The notes under the pieces were generated by a model, which searched no databases, was not told where the DNA came from, and saw only the letters and a list, made by a program, of their open reading frames with translations. From Phoronis australis (Eukaryota > Animalia > Phoronida), in contig NMRA01000220.1 of assembly GCA_002633005.1 (NCBI GenBank), positions 382,268 to 446,267 on the forward strand: 64,000 nucleotides of DNA, written 5' to 3'. Shown in pieces: positions 13,001-24,060 of this stretch. Positions within the stretch are counted from its first letter, which is position 1. Every line of letters begins with the position of its first letter. The position numbers were made by a program, and so were the translations under genes.

Positions 13001-14145
13001 TGTCGATGTGTTTAAGTCCTTCCAACTCGAACAAATACTCCGGTTATGAAACTTTTTCTTCGACCAGTCTCTATTTCAGTTCCCAAAATCGTGAAATCAA
13101 AAGAAGTTGCGATCCTACCGGCGAACTTTGAAAGCTGAAGTTCCCGCCCTTTGCGTACGTGCTGCCGGGAACCAGCCGTGCATTTGCCGTGTTGTTTAAA
13201 CATTAAAATGTCAAATATGTGCACAAANTTTCTTGAGTAATTGTTATTCTATGCCAATTTGAAACGACAAAATTGTACGTACTGACTTTTCTTCGTCGGC
13301 TTTGTTGACTCTAAGGTCAATATCTTCGCACAGGAATGTTCAATCGGAATGTTCTTTTTTGCAAATTATTCATCATAAAATTTTCTTTAAAATGATGTAT
13401 AACATGTCTGTCTAGGTTACGTAGATTTGTAACCATAACATTTCAAACTCACAAATTTGATTTGACAGAATTTTTACCAAAAAAATTGACACAAAAACAC
13501 TATTTTCTCCGGAACCGTAAGTCCGATTTAAAAATTTTTTGCACCGTTCTTTTAGTCTCGTAGAGAGCTTTCTTGTGATGTATATTACATGCACATTTTC
13601 AAAAATTTTTGAAAAATGCTGTCCTCGCTAGCAATGGTCATTGCCCAGAATTGTCATAGCTTGCACGTTTCCTTGTTGCAAGTCAGTGTTACACAAGTAG
13701 ATGCAGCAACATCCCCGGTAAATTCTCATACGAATATGTTCGCAAAACACTTTTGGACATTTGTATCACTACATGGATTGCTCAGTGAACGTTTTTCTTC
13801 ATTTCATTGTGAACGTCATGACAAACTTGACAAAGCTACGGGCACGGACCGGGTTGCATATGCCTATGAATCAGGAACCGATACATCCGACCAGTGCCGT
13901 TGAGACTGGTTTTCCAAATCAGGAACCGCTATAATCAACGACTTAACGACTTTACCCGGCTGTCAAGACGTGGTTGGAGATAATAAGGCCACAAATGAAA
14001 GCGGTCTACCCGGGCTGCATTGACAGACTTTTGTTTTGAGGGTTCTGGTCAGAAAATCTGCCAAATAACGAATATTAAAACTAATGCTGTTATTGAAACA
14101 ACCACTGAAATGATTTTCACATATTGCTCACCTCACTAGCTTCAT
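814..14145 (-). CDS. SNRPD1: Small nuclear ribonucleoprotein Sm D1 (partial; last RG-repeat exon lies before base 1)
   Basis: Exons 14132-14145, 1998-2074 and 814-1005, all with GT-AG boundaries, splice to [83 protein letters not shown], near-identical to Sm D1. Exon sizes 14/77/192 nt match the vertebrate gene as I recall it. Confidence 0.97.
1998..2074 (-). CDS. SNRPD1: SNRPD1 coding exon 2
   Basis: ttacag|G TTT CTC ATG AAG...ATA ACA G|gtagg; [25 protein letters not shown]. Confidence 0.97.
2683..4584. mobile_element. Tc2/pogo-like (CCGTA-ended) non-autonomous Tc1/mariner-superfamily element
   Basis: TIRs CCGTATTCGCCGTAATAACCGC / GCGGTTATTACGGTGAATACGG with TA on both sides; no transposase ORF. 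Confidence 0.8.
4620..9920. mobile_element. Composite of nested/inverted hAT-like non-autonomous elements (CAGGGCTCGAC termini)
   Basis: CAGGGCTCGAC ends at 4620 and 6747 (forward) and at 8734, 9481 and 9920 (reverse). Subterminal GGTCGCA/TGCGACC repeats. 5-bp CTTCA duplicated at 4615-4619 and 9921-9925. 5760-6298 is the reverse complement of 7270-7790. Two N gaps inside. Confidence 0.8.
10099..10176. repeat. Short ~20-bp tandem repeat (TCCTGTTTAAAT core), ~4 copies
   Basis: gtgtcctgtttaaatacccatgtcctgtttaaatgtcccgcatcctgtttaaatgtcccgtgtcctgtttaaatatcc. Confidence 0.75.
10593..12276 (+). mobile_element. Kolobok-type non-autonomous DNA transposon, copy 2, with degenerate THAP domain
   Basis: TTAA|AGGCTAATGCCACCC...GGGTGGCATGCTCCT|TTAA (TTAA target, AGG...CCT ends). 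ORF 10758-11009 MPVRCGV...[18 protein letters not shown]...KHLRVCGL is a decayed THAP domain. Confidence 0.88.
12835..13647. mobile_element. TIR-bounded MITE of unassigned superfamily
   Basis: TIR GGCAATGACCATCGC / GCAATGGTCATTGCC; the same left end recurs at ~60812-60841; no TSD found. Confidence 0.5.
14132..14145 (-). CDS. SNRPD1: SNRPD1 coding exon 1 (MKLV-R)
   Basis: ATGAAGCTAGTGAG|gtgag; phase-2 donor matches exon 2. Confidence 0.92.
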
Positions 14146-14225
14146 GATTGCATCGATTTATGGACCAAACACATCTACCGGCGAATCCGTGAATGGCGAC
14201 CTTCCGTACAGGAAACGTTACCTCG
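14146..14225 (-). promoter_or_regulatory. Probable SNRPD1 5' UTR/core promoter
   Basis: Immediately upstream of the ATG; CpG-containing, with YY1-like AATGGCG and ETS-like CTTCCG motifs. Confidence 0.4.
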
Positions 14226-14702
14226 CTCTCAGATATAAACAAACAAGGGAGATAACTCTACTACGGCACCCAGACAGATGAGTCAGCGTCTGGATGGGGC
14301 CTTGTCATTCTGCGTAGTGGTACCGGTCATGTTACCCTGGTATCCCCACATGCATGAAAGTAATTTTCAATATTGCAAGTCCCTTCGAATGTTGTATTTA
14401 TTGCAGACTACCAAATACTATATTTTTAGGCCTACTTATTGACGCTGTAACCCGGGGAATTTCCCGGCCTGAGGTCATTTTCAGCCCGCCGCAGCTACTG
14501 ATCAACTCGACCGTGTAGCATTTCGAGCATCATACTCAAGAGACAACAGAAAAGGAGACAGTGACTGTTTCAAATCGTGCAAGTGAGTGTCTGATACGTT
14601 ATTTGTGAATTGGTAGAGCCCGGCCGGCGTCCGGAATCAGTGCATCCCGGACGCCGCGGCTATTCAGTGTCGGAGTGCGACTTGTCACTCGATGTAGGCT
14701 AT

Positions 14703-15022
14703 ACATGTAGCTAGGCTTTGCAGCATACCCGTCTTCCCCCATCACCGGCCGTGACACTTCAAAAGACAAACGAACGGGCCTTCCCCCCCATTTAGCGGAG
14801 TGGGCAAGAAGGTCCGCCTCAGAGAAACGAATGAAGTCCGAAAAACTGAAGTAGAAGACGAGACGGCAGGAACTAACAAAATTCGGTGAATGCACAATTC
14901 ATATAGCTCTACGTAGCCTACGTACCGGCCGTTTTTTTTGTTTTTTTTTAGTAAAATAAGTAAAAGATCCACATTTTCAGAAATTCAAGCCCCCATTCAA
15001 AGTTAGACTGAGTGCGCGCATG
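14703..15022. mobile_element. MITE family with CATGCGCGCA-type termini (other copies ~16224-16387 and 38817-39062)
   Basis: Shared internal sequence (…AAGGTCC…CTC(A/G)G(A/G)GAAAC…AGTCCGAAAAA…AGTAGAA…CGAGAC) and GTGCGCGCATG-like ends. Confidence 0.55.
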
Positions 15023-15192
15023 TCTTGCTCGAGGGTTAGCTCACCAACTACGTTGCATGTTTTTTCTAATATGGGCTTCATCCAGGCACCGAAATGGCCT
15101 CAATCAATATCGAAATCTCCGAGTAAGAAATTCGACTCTTCCGCAATAGAAATTCCCACAGACCCTATAAGCCGACGGCCATCCGGTCCATG

Positions 15193-15400
15193 CATGGGCG
15201 GCGCACCATAGGGGGCTGGGGGGCTATAGCCCCCAATTTCAGTCACGTGCTGCGTTGGCCTCGGTCTATGGGCGTCGCACCATATAGGGGGCTGGGGGGG
15301 GGGCTGTAGCCCCCTACTAATTTCAGTACTGCGTTGCCCATGGTCTATGGGCGGTGCACCACAGGGGGCTGGGGGATTTAGCCCCCCGGCCCCCCACTTT
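15193..15400. repeat. Three tandem copies of a GC-rich MITE-end unit (ATGGGCGGCGCACC...GGGGGCT...AGCCCCC)
   Basis: Units start at about 15193, 15267 and 15346; a related inverted copy is at ~62630-62672. Confidence 0.6.
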
Positions 15401-16070
15401 TTTCGGTGCGGCCTAACACGGGTTGGCTGCTTTTTTATGAAAAGAATCTTTCTTTGAAACGCTCACCGGTGGAGATCGCGCAACTCTACCCGAGTTTGCG
15501 TAACTCTCGATCCGAATCTGATTGATATCACGCTGCTGTAGTCATATATACAATATCGCCTCAGGCTGCTGATATTGTTGCTCCTTGGATAATCAGACCT
15601 ATAATAAACACACTGGGGGCAACAATAGTATTTTTAAATTTTCGTTTTCAAAGTTTTTAAATAAGAGCTTTGAATACTTCGTGAGAAGTACATACGTGAT
15701 AAGATTTTTTAAATTTTGAAAATCGAACTGACAAGAAATGTGACGATAACAACCGAACTGTTCTTAAACCGTAATGCATTGTCATAATAGTAGGCCTATG
15801 TCTCTCATTAATTCTGCTGGGTGTGCAAAGAAACGATTGGGCCACATTTACCGAATCAGCAGGCACCAGTTGGATATTGAAGTAGGCCTAAGCCAGCAGA
15901 TCACTGGCAACCGGCTTAGGTCTTAACGGTGGGGTTCTAATTTTCGCAACCGGCGATGCGCGGCTCGTGTCAAATCACGATAGATGCGTGCACCCAGCCT
16001 TTAATATGGGAGGGCTCGAATCTATGACAAAGTGCCGGGACAAGTGGGAGCACTAAAAAAAACGGTTTAC

Positions 16071-16223
16071 CAAGGGGCGAATCCAGGATTTTGAGGTGGG
16101 GGGGGGGCAGGGCAGAGTATTAGCCAGGATTTTGCCACCAGACATTCGCACTCCCCTACTGCCAAATGGAATCTGGGATAATTTGGGGGGCCATGGCCCT
16201 CTTAACCCCTAAATCCGCCACTG
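16071..16223. mobile_element. CAGGGGCGGATCCAGG/AATCCGCCACTG-type MITE (relatives at ~22730-22934 and 61424-61720)
   Basis: Shared terminal motifs GGGGCG(G/A)ATCCAGGATTTTGAG and CATGGCCC...CCCTAAATCCGCCACTG. Confidence 0.55.
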
Positions 16224-19200
16224 GTACCACCTTCAGGTCTGTGAACTGTGCCTTCTTAGTGGACTTTTGTTTGTCTCGTTTTCTGGGACTTTTTGTTTCT
16301 CTGAGACTGACCTTTTTTACCCACTTCTCCAAATGAGGGGCTCCTTCGAGCCCTCCCGAGCCCTCCCTGTGTCATATGCGCGCATGCGATGCTGTTACCT
16401 CATGTGACCAGAGAGGCTAAACCAATATACGTATTGCCCATGGCGTTTAATGGAAATCTATCCTGTATACACCCCGGGGGTCACTCATATTGGCAAGGTG
16501 CCCACAGGAACCCCCCCCCCCATACATTGCGGGTGGTGCCAGGTCTGCTAATTCCCACCCCGAGGAAATGAAAATTTAGGGGCCTATGGACCCCGCGCGG
16601 GTTCTGCAAAACTTGCCTAAAAAGTACTCCCTACACGCAATTTTGGTTCACACCTGCGGGCACGTTGTGAATATGAGTGATCCCTCGGGTATACAGGCAG
16701 TGGAACAGCCAGACGGCTGAACCAGAGCCTAATCCGCAGTGAATCAGTAACCGAGACCACTTATTGTTTCTAAAGCTGCCAAAAGATGTCAGAACATGCA
16801 ATCTCGTAAGTGGAGTTGCTTTACATTCCAAATTTAACTGATTAATATGATAACAATGAATATTTCTGTAGAGTTTTAACTTTATACGTTGTTGATACAT
16901 AACGCAGCGAAGTTACATAAGAAAAATTGAATAGTGAAACTTGGAAATGTTTCTGTTTGCAATTATACACCCGTTTTGTGCGCGTCAGACAATCTATATC
17001 AGGAAGAGATCTCTTCCTGTCTATATTGATGTACACACTCGCATTAATCACTCTCATAATATTCCTTACTTCTTTTTGGGGAAGCTGGTAATAAAACTGG
17101 CTTCGTAAAATGCTGATTAGATACCGCGTAAGTTATCTAACCTATTTACGATGAAAACCAGGCCGCTTTCAGTATTTTTGGTGTCTAGTATGCTGAATGC
17201 CAGTCTTTGGTTCACGCTACCCCTTACAGTTTGTTCCAGCACCACCTATATATTTTAGAACCAAACTTAACAGCGTGACTGGGAATGAGCGCTTCACCCA
17301 CACTACCCTTTTTCGCGTTTTGCGGACACATTTCTTTGGTCGCGGACTGCCGTGAGCAACCTTGTTCATGCACATAACTCTCTATAGTGAGCCTCTTATC
17401 TGCAATATTAGCTTGCTGACATAATAAGAGAATCTTTTGAAACAATAGTTTTAAGGCTATGCAGGGCATTATCGCCAAGGAGAGTCAGACATTTAGCCGA
17501 AATAAGTCTACAGAACTATACAGCCGATTTCATAAAGGTGTCGGGTTTAAGAAACCAGGTTTTAAGACTTAAACCTGGTTATCCTAAACCCTAATTTTAG
17601 ACCTAACTTGCATTTCACCAACGTGGTTTATAAGTCTGAAAGCCTGCTTTTGTTAGTAAAATCAGTATCTAAGCTACCCTGTTGTGTCGTTCTGGATAAA
17701 CCCACCAAAGAAACTACTGAATTGATTTACTGAAACCTTGATCACGTGGGTATACAATGGCACACACTAGTAGAATCAGTGCAGACCTTTGCGAAAAAGG
17801 TCTAAAAGCTTTTCTCACGAGGAAAAATGTAATGTCTGTGCCCAACACATGTACACATTAAAGTACATGCTGACGATTAGCCACAACATGATAAATGTTC
17901 GAATTTATTTCCGAGCCATTTTAGTTTTTATTTTTCGCGGTCAAAGGGGTGGGGGGCAAGACCCTTTTCCGGAAACATTAAATCTGAGACCAATGGAGGT
18001 GGAACTCAGAAGAAGCAGAAGATGCTATCTTCAGTCAAATCCGTAGCGCTTACGACGATGACGCCCTGCTCGACCAGTCGTATTCAGAGGCCGAATCCAA
18101 AGGATACCATCCAGCTCGTAGCCTATAATTCGAATTGAACTGATTTAACGTATGCGTATTGGAAAATTTAACTTCAGAATTAAAATCATTCTATACTAAC
18201 TCAGTGTATAACATGATGGATGTAGGAACGGTATTTTCCTTAAGTAGACGGGAGCGAGTTTGTTGACACTTTTTAACATAATTGACACTGAGTATGAAAA
18301 TGTCTTCTCTATAGTCATCCAGATTGCGCCTACTAAGTTGACTGTGCAGTATAAAATCAGTGCTGCAAAGTTTGTCAGCATGCGTCTATCTTAATCACGT
18401 AACGTCTTATGAAAATAAGACCACAGATATCTAGCCTTGGAATGCCAGCTTCTCGCGCTATACGTACTGAGGGTGCACCGCGCATGCGTGGAATTTGTTT
18501 GCGTTCGTTTTTTGTAGTGTTGGCATTTGGTATGAAATTTACTGTTAATACAACTTTTCACAGCTCCGCCGTTTTTCAACCTAACTGCGTAAGAGTGGAG
18601 CCATTGACAAATTCTTGATGGTGTATAATTATACGAAAAACGAAGGATCGGTAATTATATTCATAAGTAATTATCATTTCGCATACCTGACAGGTTTAAC
18701 AAATACTTTTTGATTCTAAAAAACATGAGTGTTACGACGGAAAAAGTGAAAATCAGTAGAGTGTAATAGTAACACAAAGACGTTATATGAATGACCAGTT
18801 AAACCAGCAGGGAAATAATATCAATGATTAAAAAAATTTATACTTTATAAAGATTAGAATATGGAACTTTCACACTTGCTGTGAAGAATTTAGTCAGGCA
18901 GTCATTAGAAATTATAAATCTTTAGAAATTAATTGGATCTTTGATGTCGTTTGATACAATTTTCTTCAGAAAAAAAATAAATCAGGATGAGTGACGTTTG
19001 CAAAAAATGATAAACTAAATTCTCTAATAACTATGTTAACAATCCAAATTTGTAGAAGAAGGGTATCTGATAGATAAAAACTGGGCAAACACCTATTACG
19101 TAACTTTGACATATACTGCGGATAGCTCATTACATTGTTTGTAGTGTAGGACTTTCCACAAAAGTTTATAAATAAACTTATTTCACCAGAAACTACAAAT

Positions 19201-20096
19201 TAGTGAGCTTGGTACGTAAGCCAGTGTGTATGTCACCGCAAACAAGAGACAGTGGAACACAATCATACGATTATGTTATTAAAAAAGCGGACTTTTTTCG
19301 AACGGAATACGGGGGGGGGGAAGAGGCCATGCCACCCTAGAATTCCCCCAGATTCCATTTAGCAGTTCGGAGTTGCGATTATTTGACGGTCGAAATCATG
19401 GCTAATGCTCAGCCCTCCCCTCAAAATCCCGCCCCTGGGAAATGAGAAAAGACCAATTTTTTGGATGTGGATGTATTCTTCTTCAAGATGGCTGCCCAAT
19501 CCTGCGGCATTTGTGCATTGCTCTAGCAACTGAGAAATATCAGCTGCGATTTCAGTTAGCCCTAAAAAAAGCCAAAATGGCATTGGTTTCAGAATATAGC
19601 ATTGGCTTATGTCTGGCATCGGTAGGGAAGTGGTGCTATTACGGTGAAAGTTGCGAGTTTGTATTCTTTTACTGACTCCTTTTAACCTACCTCGCTTTTC
19701 AATAGGAGAGAAAGGGCCGAAAATAGAAGACAAAATAAAGCAATAAAGCTTCTGTGGTCATGAGTTATGGTGTGAAATGACTCGAAACTGTTTATTTTTT
19801 GCATACATTGACTGAGTGAAGAAAAGATGACAAGTCCATTGATTTGCTTTTTGCTAGGCAAAACCCAGTTACAACTGTTCTGTGCTCCATTGAGCATAAT
19901 CCAGAAACACTTGAGTGATTTTGTGTGGTCATGCGTAATTTCGCTCATTTCTCGCAAGAAAAACTGTCTACGCGACGATTCGCAGTGGAGCAAATCAAGC
20001 TATGAAGTAACTGTAACTATTGCTTCCAGTCGTTATCGCCAATGCTGAATAGTATGCACAGAAAATTAATAGCTCATAAATTTTGCTTCTTCTAGC

Positions 20097-20888
20097 ATGG
20101 TAACCCACGCGCCCGAAAATTCTCTGTCAAGTCAAACACTGCCGAAAGCGAGATGCAACGACGAACCGATTGCTGCCATACAAGCGAGAGACGACCATAC
20201 TACTTTCAATACAAATCTTGGCGAGGATGGTATCGCAGAATCACCGGCGACGGAATCTGCTTACACGCCGGCCTCGGAATGTGACATGGCATCAACCCAC
20301 GAAGAGATAAGTCAATCAGTGCAACAAGAGGCATCAGCGGGAGAAATTGTGGGACGCCGCGCGCGCAAGGATGTGGCTACACAAGTGTCCCAGGAAGGCG
20401 GGCTGTGGAGTCCTTTAGCACGGCGTGCACATCTAATTATCGGTCTAGCCATACTTGTACTTGGTATTTTGTATGCGTATGCAAAACATGAAGATACAAG
20501 ACTGGAAAACGAAAGGCAATTTAAGATTCTGGAGAGGGAACAAATGCAAACTGAGCTTACAATTAAAAAATTGGATCATGAAGAGAAGATGATGAAACTT
20601 AAGAACGAGCAACTGGAAATGACGTATAAACACGAAGAAAAGATGTTACGTTTGGAGGGCGAGAGAAAGAAGAATGACACCCTTCTTGAGGTTTATGCAA
20701 CGATGTTAACCCCACGCAAGGTAACACACAGAAAAGTGGATTCTGGAATATTCACAACTACAACAGAATCCTCTGAAGTCTTCGAGGTCCCCTATAGCAA
20801 CTTACCAAACGATGTCAAACGGATAGTTGATGAAAATTCTGGAAACAAGGCAAAGACAACAGACGAAGATGACCGAGAATCTATATGA
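20097..20888 (+). CDS. Uncharacterised single-pass TM coiled-coil protein, paralog A (263 aa)
   Basis: Intact single-exon ORF preceded by acceptor ttttgcttcttctag|cATG. Disordered N-terminus, TM LIIGLAILVLGILYAYA, E/K-rich coiled coil. ~55/100 identical residues to 36864-37694 in a gap-free C-terminal alignment. AATAAA at ~21770. Confidence 0.82.
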   Translation: MVTHAPENSLSSQTLPKARCNDEPIAAIQARDDHTTFNTNLGEDGIAESPATESAYTPASECDMASTHEEISQSVQQEASAGEIVGRRARKDVATQVSQEGGLWSPLARRAHLIIGLAILVLGILYAYAKHEDTRLENERQFKILEREQMQTELTIKKLDHEEKMMKLKNEQLEMTYKHEEKMLRLEGERKKNDTLLEVYATMLTPRKVTHRKVDSGIFTTTTESSEVFEVPYSNLPNDVKRIVDENSGNKAKTTDEDDRESI

Positions 20889-23800
20889 ATAGACAGCCTG
20901 AATGGAGAAAATTCAATCTTTGCACCTGTTTTCAATTATCCTAAGTCTTCGATACAGTGTCATTAAAATAGAAAATAGGCTCTAAACGTTGGTCGTTCAG
21001 AAATGCTTTGAAATCATTGCTATGTTTTAGCGTGAAGTATAATAGATTGTGTGTGACTGTTCATGCATTTTATTTCTCCATTGTAGCACAATACGTAACA
21101 GTCCGGTTTTTAATTGTGACCACGCGTCAAACCTGGTGTATGTTATCATAATTATAAATGGTCATATTTTAGAAAAACTTTACAATCAATGCATAACAAA
21201 CTTCGGACGTGTGTGAGAACGCAGGATGGTATAGGTGAGTTTTTATTACAGTATTGGCAGTATAGGCAAGGTTGCATGTTAATCCCTCTTTTGATTACAT
21301 TGTGTTTGAATGAATTTGTAGATTGTCATCCATTCTAGTAATGACGATAATATTTTTGAGTCAAAATGTTTCTGATGTGAAGGTATTAATTGTTATATGC
21401 TGCCGATGATATGGCCTTGTGTGCTTACTCTCCAGGTAAACTGCAAAAGTTATTGTGTGGTTTAGATAAGCTCTGCGAGAAATTCGGCATGTCCGTAAAT
21501 TTAGTAGAAGACCAAAGTTGCGATAGCTTGCTGCACTCTTAAGTATGTTACGTGTTGTTCTTTTGTACATTGGGCCTATGGCCTTTATCACAGGCTGAAG
21601 TACATGTAATTTGATTGGTTGATTGATGTAAATGGTGGTTTAGAGTGATGGTTATTTTAACCCTTAGTTGTGACGTTTTCTGTAACACCATGTAGGTTAA
21701 CTAACACAAACATAAAGTGTATATATATACTGACCGCATGTCGTATTAATTTTATTTGGATGGTTTAGCAATAAATACATGTACAAGGTTTATGTATATT
21801 TGTTGTGAAATTTTGTGCAAACATGCGTGTCAAAAGAGCATTCTAGTAAAAAATAACTGGAAAATCAGGCGCAACACTGTCATAATTACTTTCACACTTT
21901 GGCTATAGTATGAAAATTGTGTATTTAGTCAGCGAACTCTGAGATTAATTCTGGGTTGCCATCAATTTGGAAACGATCGTTCGAACACCCGCTCAGAGAT
22001 TTATGTAGTTTATTCACTCGTCCAATGGTCACGCACAGTCAGGCATCTCCAAATCATTACTGTTACTATGACAGTATTACTCACGATACACCAGAATTAT
22101 CAAAAAAGCCCACGAAAACGTTGGTTATAGGCCTTAATCAACCACAGGCTGCATGCAGGAGTTTAAGGTTCTAGTTTTGTCTTTGAAATGCTTAATATAA
22201 TACATATAGATACATATGTTCTCAGTCATTATCCCCCGTATTCTAGAGCCCGAGTGGATTTTGGAGAATACATGTATCTCCCGAACAAGAAACACTGCAA
22301 TGAATCGCTCTACCTTTCTCGACTCGCCTCGGCTTTGCAACTGCTTTCTATGTGAGAAGCCCGGGGTCGGAGGTCGTGACCTTTTAGAAAAACCGAGCTA
22401 TTTTTGTCAAATAATGGTTTTACACAAAACCAATTGAAAATTTAAAACAAAATGGAAAGAAAGTGAATCTATAAATTAAGGTTTGGCAACTATTCTAGCT
22501 TACTACACATTTTATCACGCTAAGCTTCGATCGAGAAAATATCGTCTGCTAAAGTACATGAAGGTTACCACTGGTAAATGAGTATAATGTTGAAAGATCC
22601 CCACGACCCGATACCCGCATTCAAATTGGAGATCGGTGATTTACAAGTGAGAGAGTATGAGTTCACTGGCCAGAGCACAGGAATAAGCAGAATTTCGCCA
22701 CATGCGCGCCCCCAGCCCGATGTAGAGATGCAGGGGTCTCGAATTAATTGTTGGGTTTGTGGACCTTGGTTTGTTCAAGGCCTATGCATTGTGCATTCGC
22801 CAACCGAGCCCCCTTGGGTGCGCGCACATGTTAGTCAGAAATTCGCACTCCGAACTACCAAATGGTAGGGCCTATGTGGTAAAACTTTAGGGAGGGCCAT
22901 GGCCCCCTTGGCCCCCCACCCTAAATCCGCCACTGCGCACGTCCAAAATCCATTGTCCGGATGTACAGTACTTGAACTCGAAATTATTTACAAAGATTCT
23001 TCGTTCTATTTTTGTTTGATCTAGACAGTACATCATGATTAAGACACAAGTCCAAGTCACGCACTTCATTATCCCATAATGCGAATGCCAGCTACAAAGT
23101 TACTAGTGTTGCTGACTAGAAAAGAAAAAAAATGAATGAGGTCTTATACTCTCGCAAAACATGGCTAAAGATGCGGTGATAGGATTCTATTTACGTTAAT
23201 AGCAAAAACGTCGAAACCATTTGCTACTCAAAAATGTTTCAGTGTTTGTTGTTGTTGGCCAATCCTAAACTTGCAATCAGGAGTTAAGAATTATTCTAAT
23301 GATCATGCACTAGCGCGTTTTTGTTTCCAACTTCCTGGTTATCCAAGACCCTATAGACTATATGCAAATTTGGCTAAATTCCGGACATTGTATCTATTGG
23401 ATTCATGCGAAACCTTCAAATATGAGAGGAAAATCGTAGGGGCTTAACCTGCACGAAACGCATAAAACCGGTGCAGCGTTTCAGAGATATCATCTTTATG
23501 ATTTATACATATTGTATCAAATAAAATTCATCATGTTATTGATGCCGAACAATGTGACCTTCCTTTTGGCTGATTTCATTCAAGCTGGAACTGACGCTCA
23601 CGTGACCCAATTAATGGCAGATTGGTAAAAATTCAAAAATTTCACTGTAAGAGCCTTTCTCGTGATTTTAGACGGGAACTGTATACTTATACCGAGCTAA
23701 AATCTAGTAGTTGTTGATATACGCAGCTGAATTGTCAATCCTACACAACTTTAACAGACGTCGAATGTGGCGTCTCATTTTACGCACCAATTTTGATACT

Positions 23801-24060
23801 TAGAGATGTTTTACGGGGACGTTGTTGTCTCCGTCAACCTGGTTTTTATCATTGTGCTATGAGGCCTAATGATACTAAGGCTGTTCATTGGCTATGCCGA
23901 CCTGGTTGCACGCAGACGGTCGTGCAGCTGACCTCAAAATGCTCGTTATCAATAAGACAATAGGTCATCTTGGAAGCTACTCAGTGTCTCAGTCTAGACG
24001 ATCGATGGTTGTGTGTATGTAGCCTATACTGGTATGTTCTACCTGTGATGTAGACCTAAT

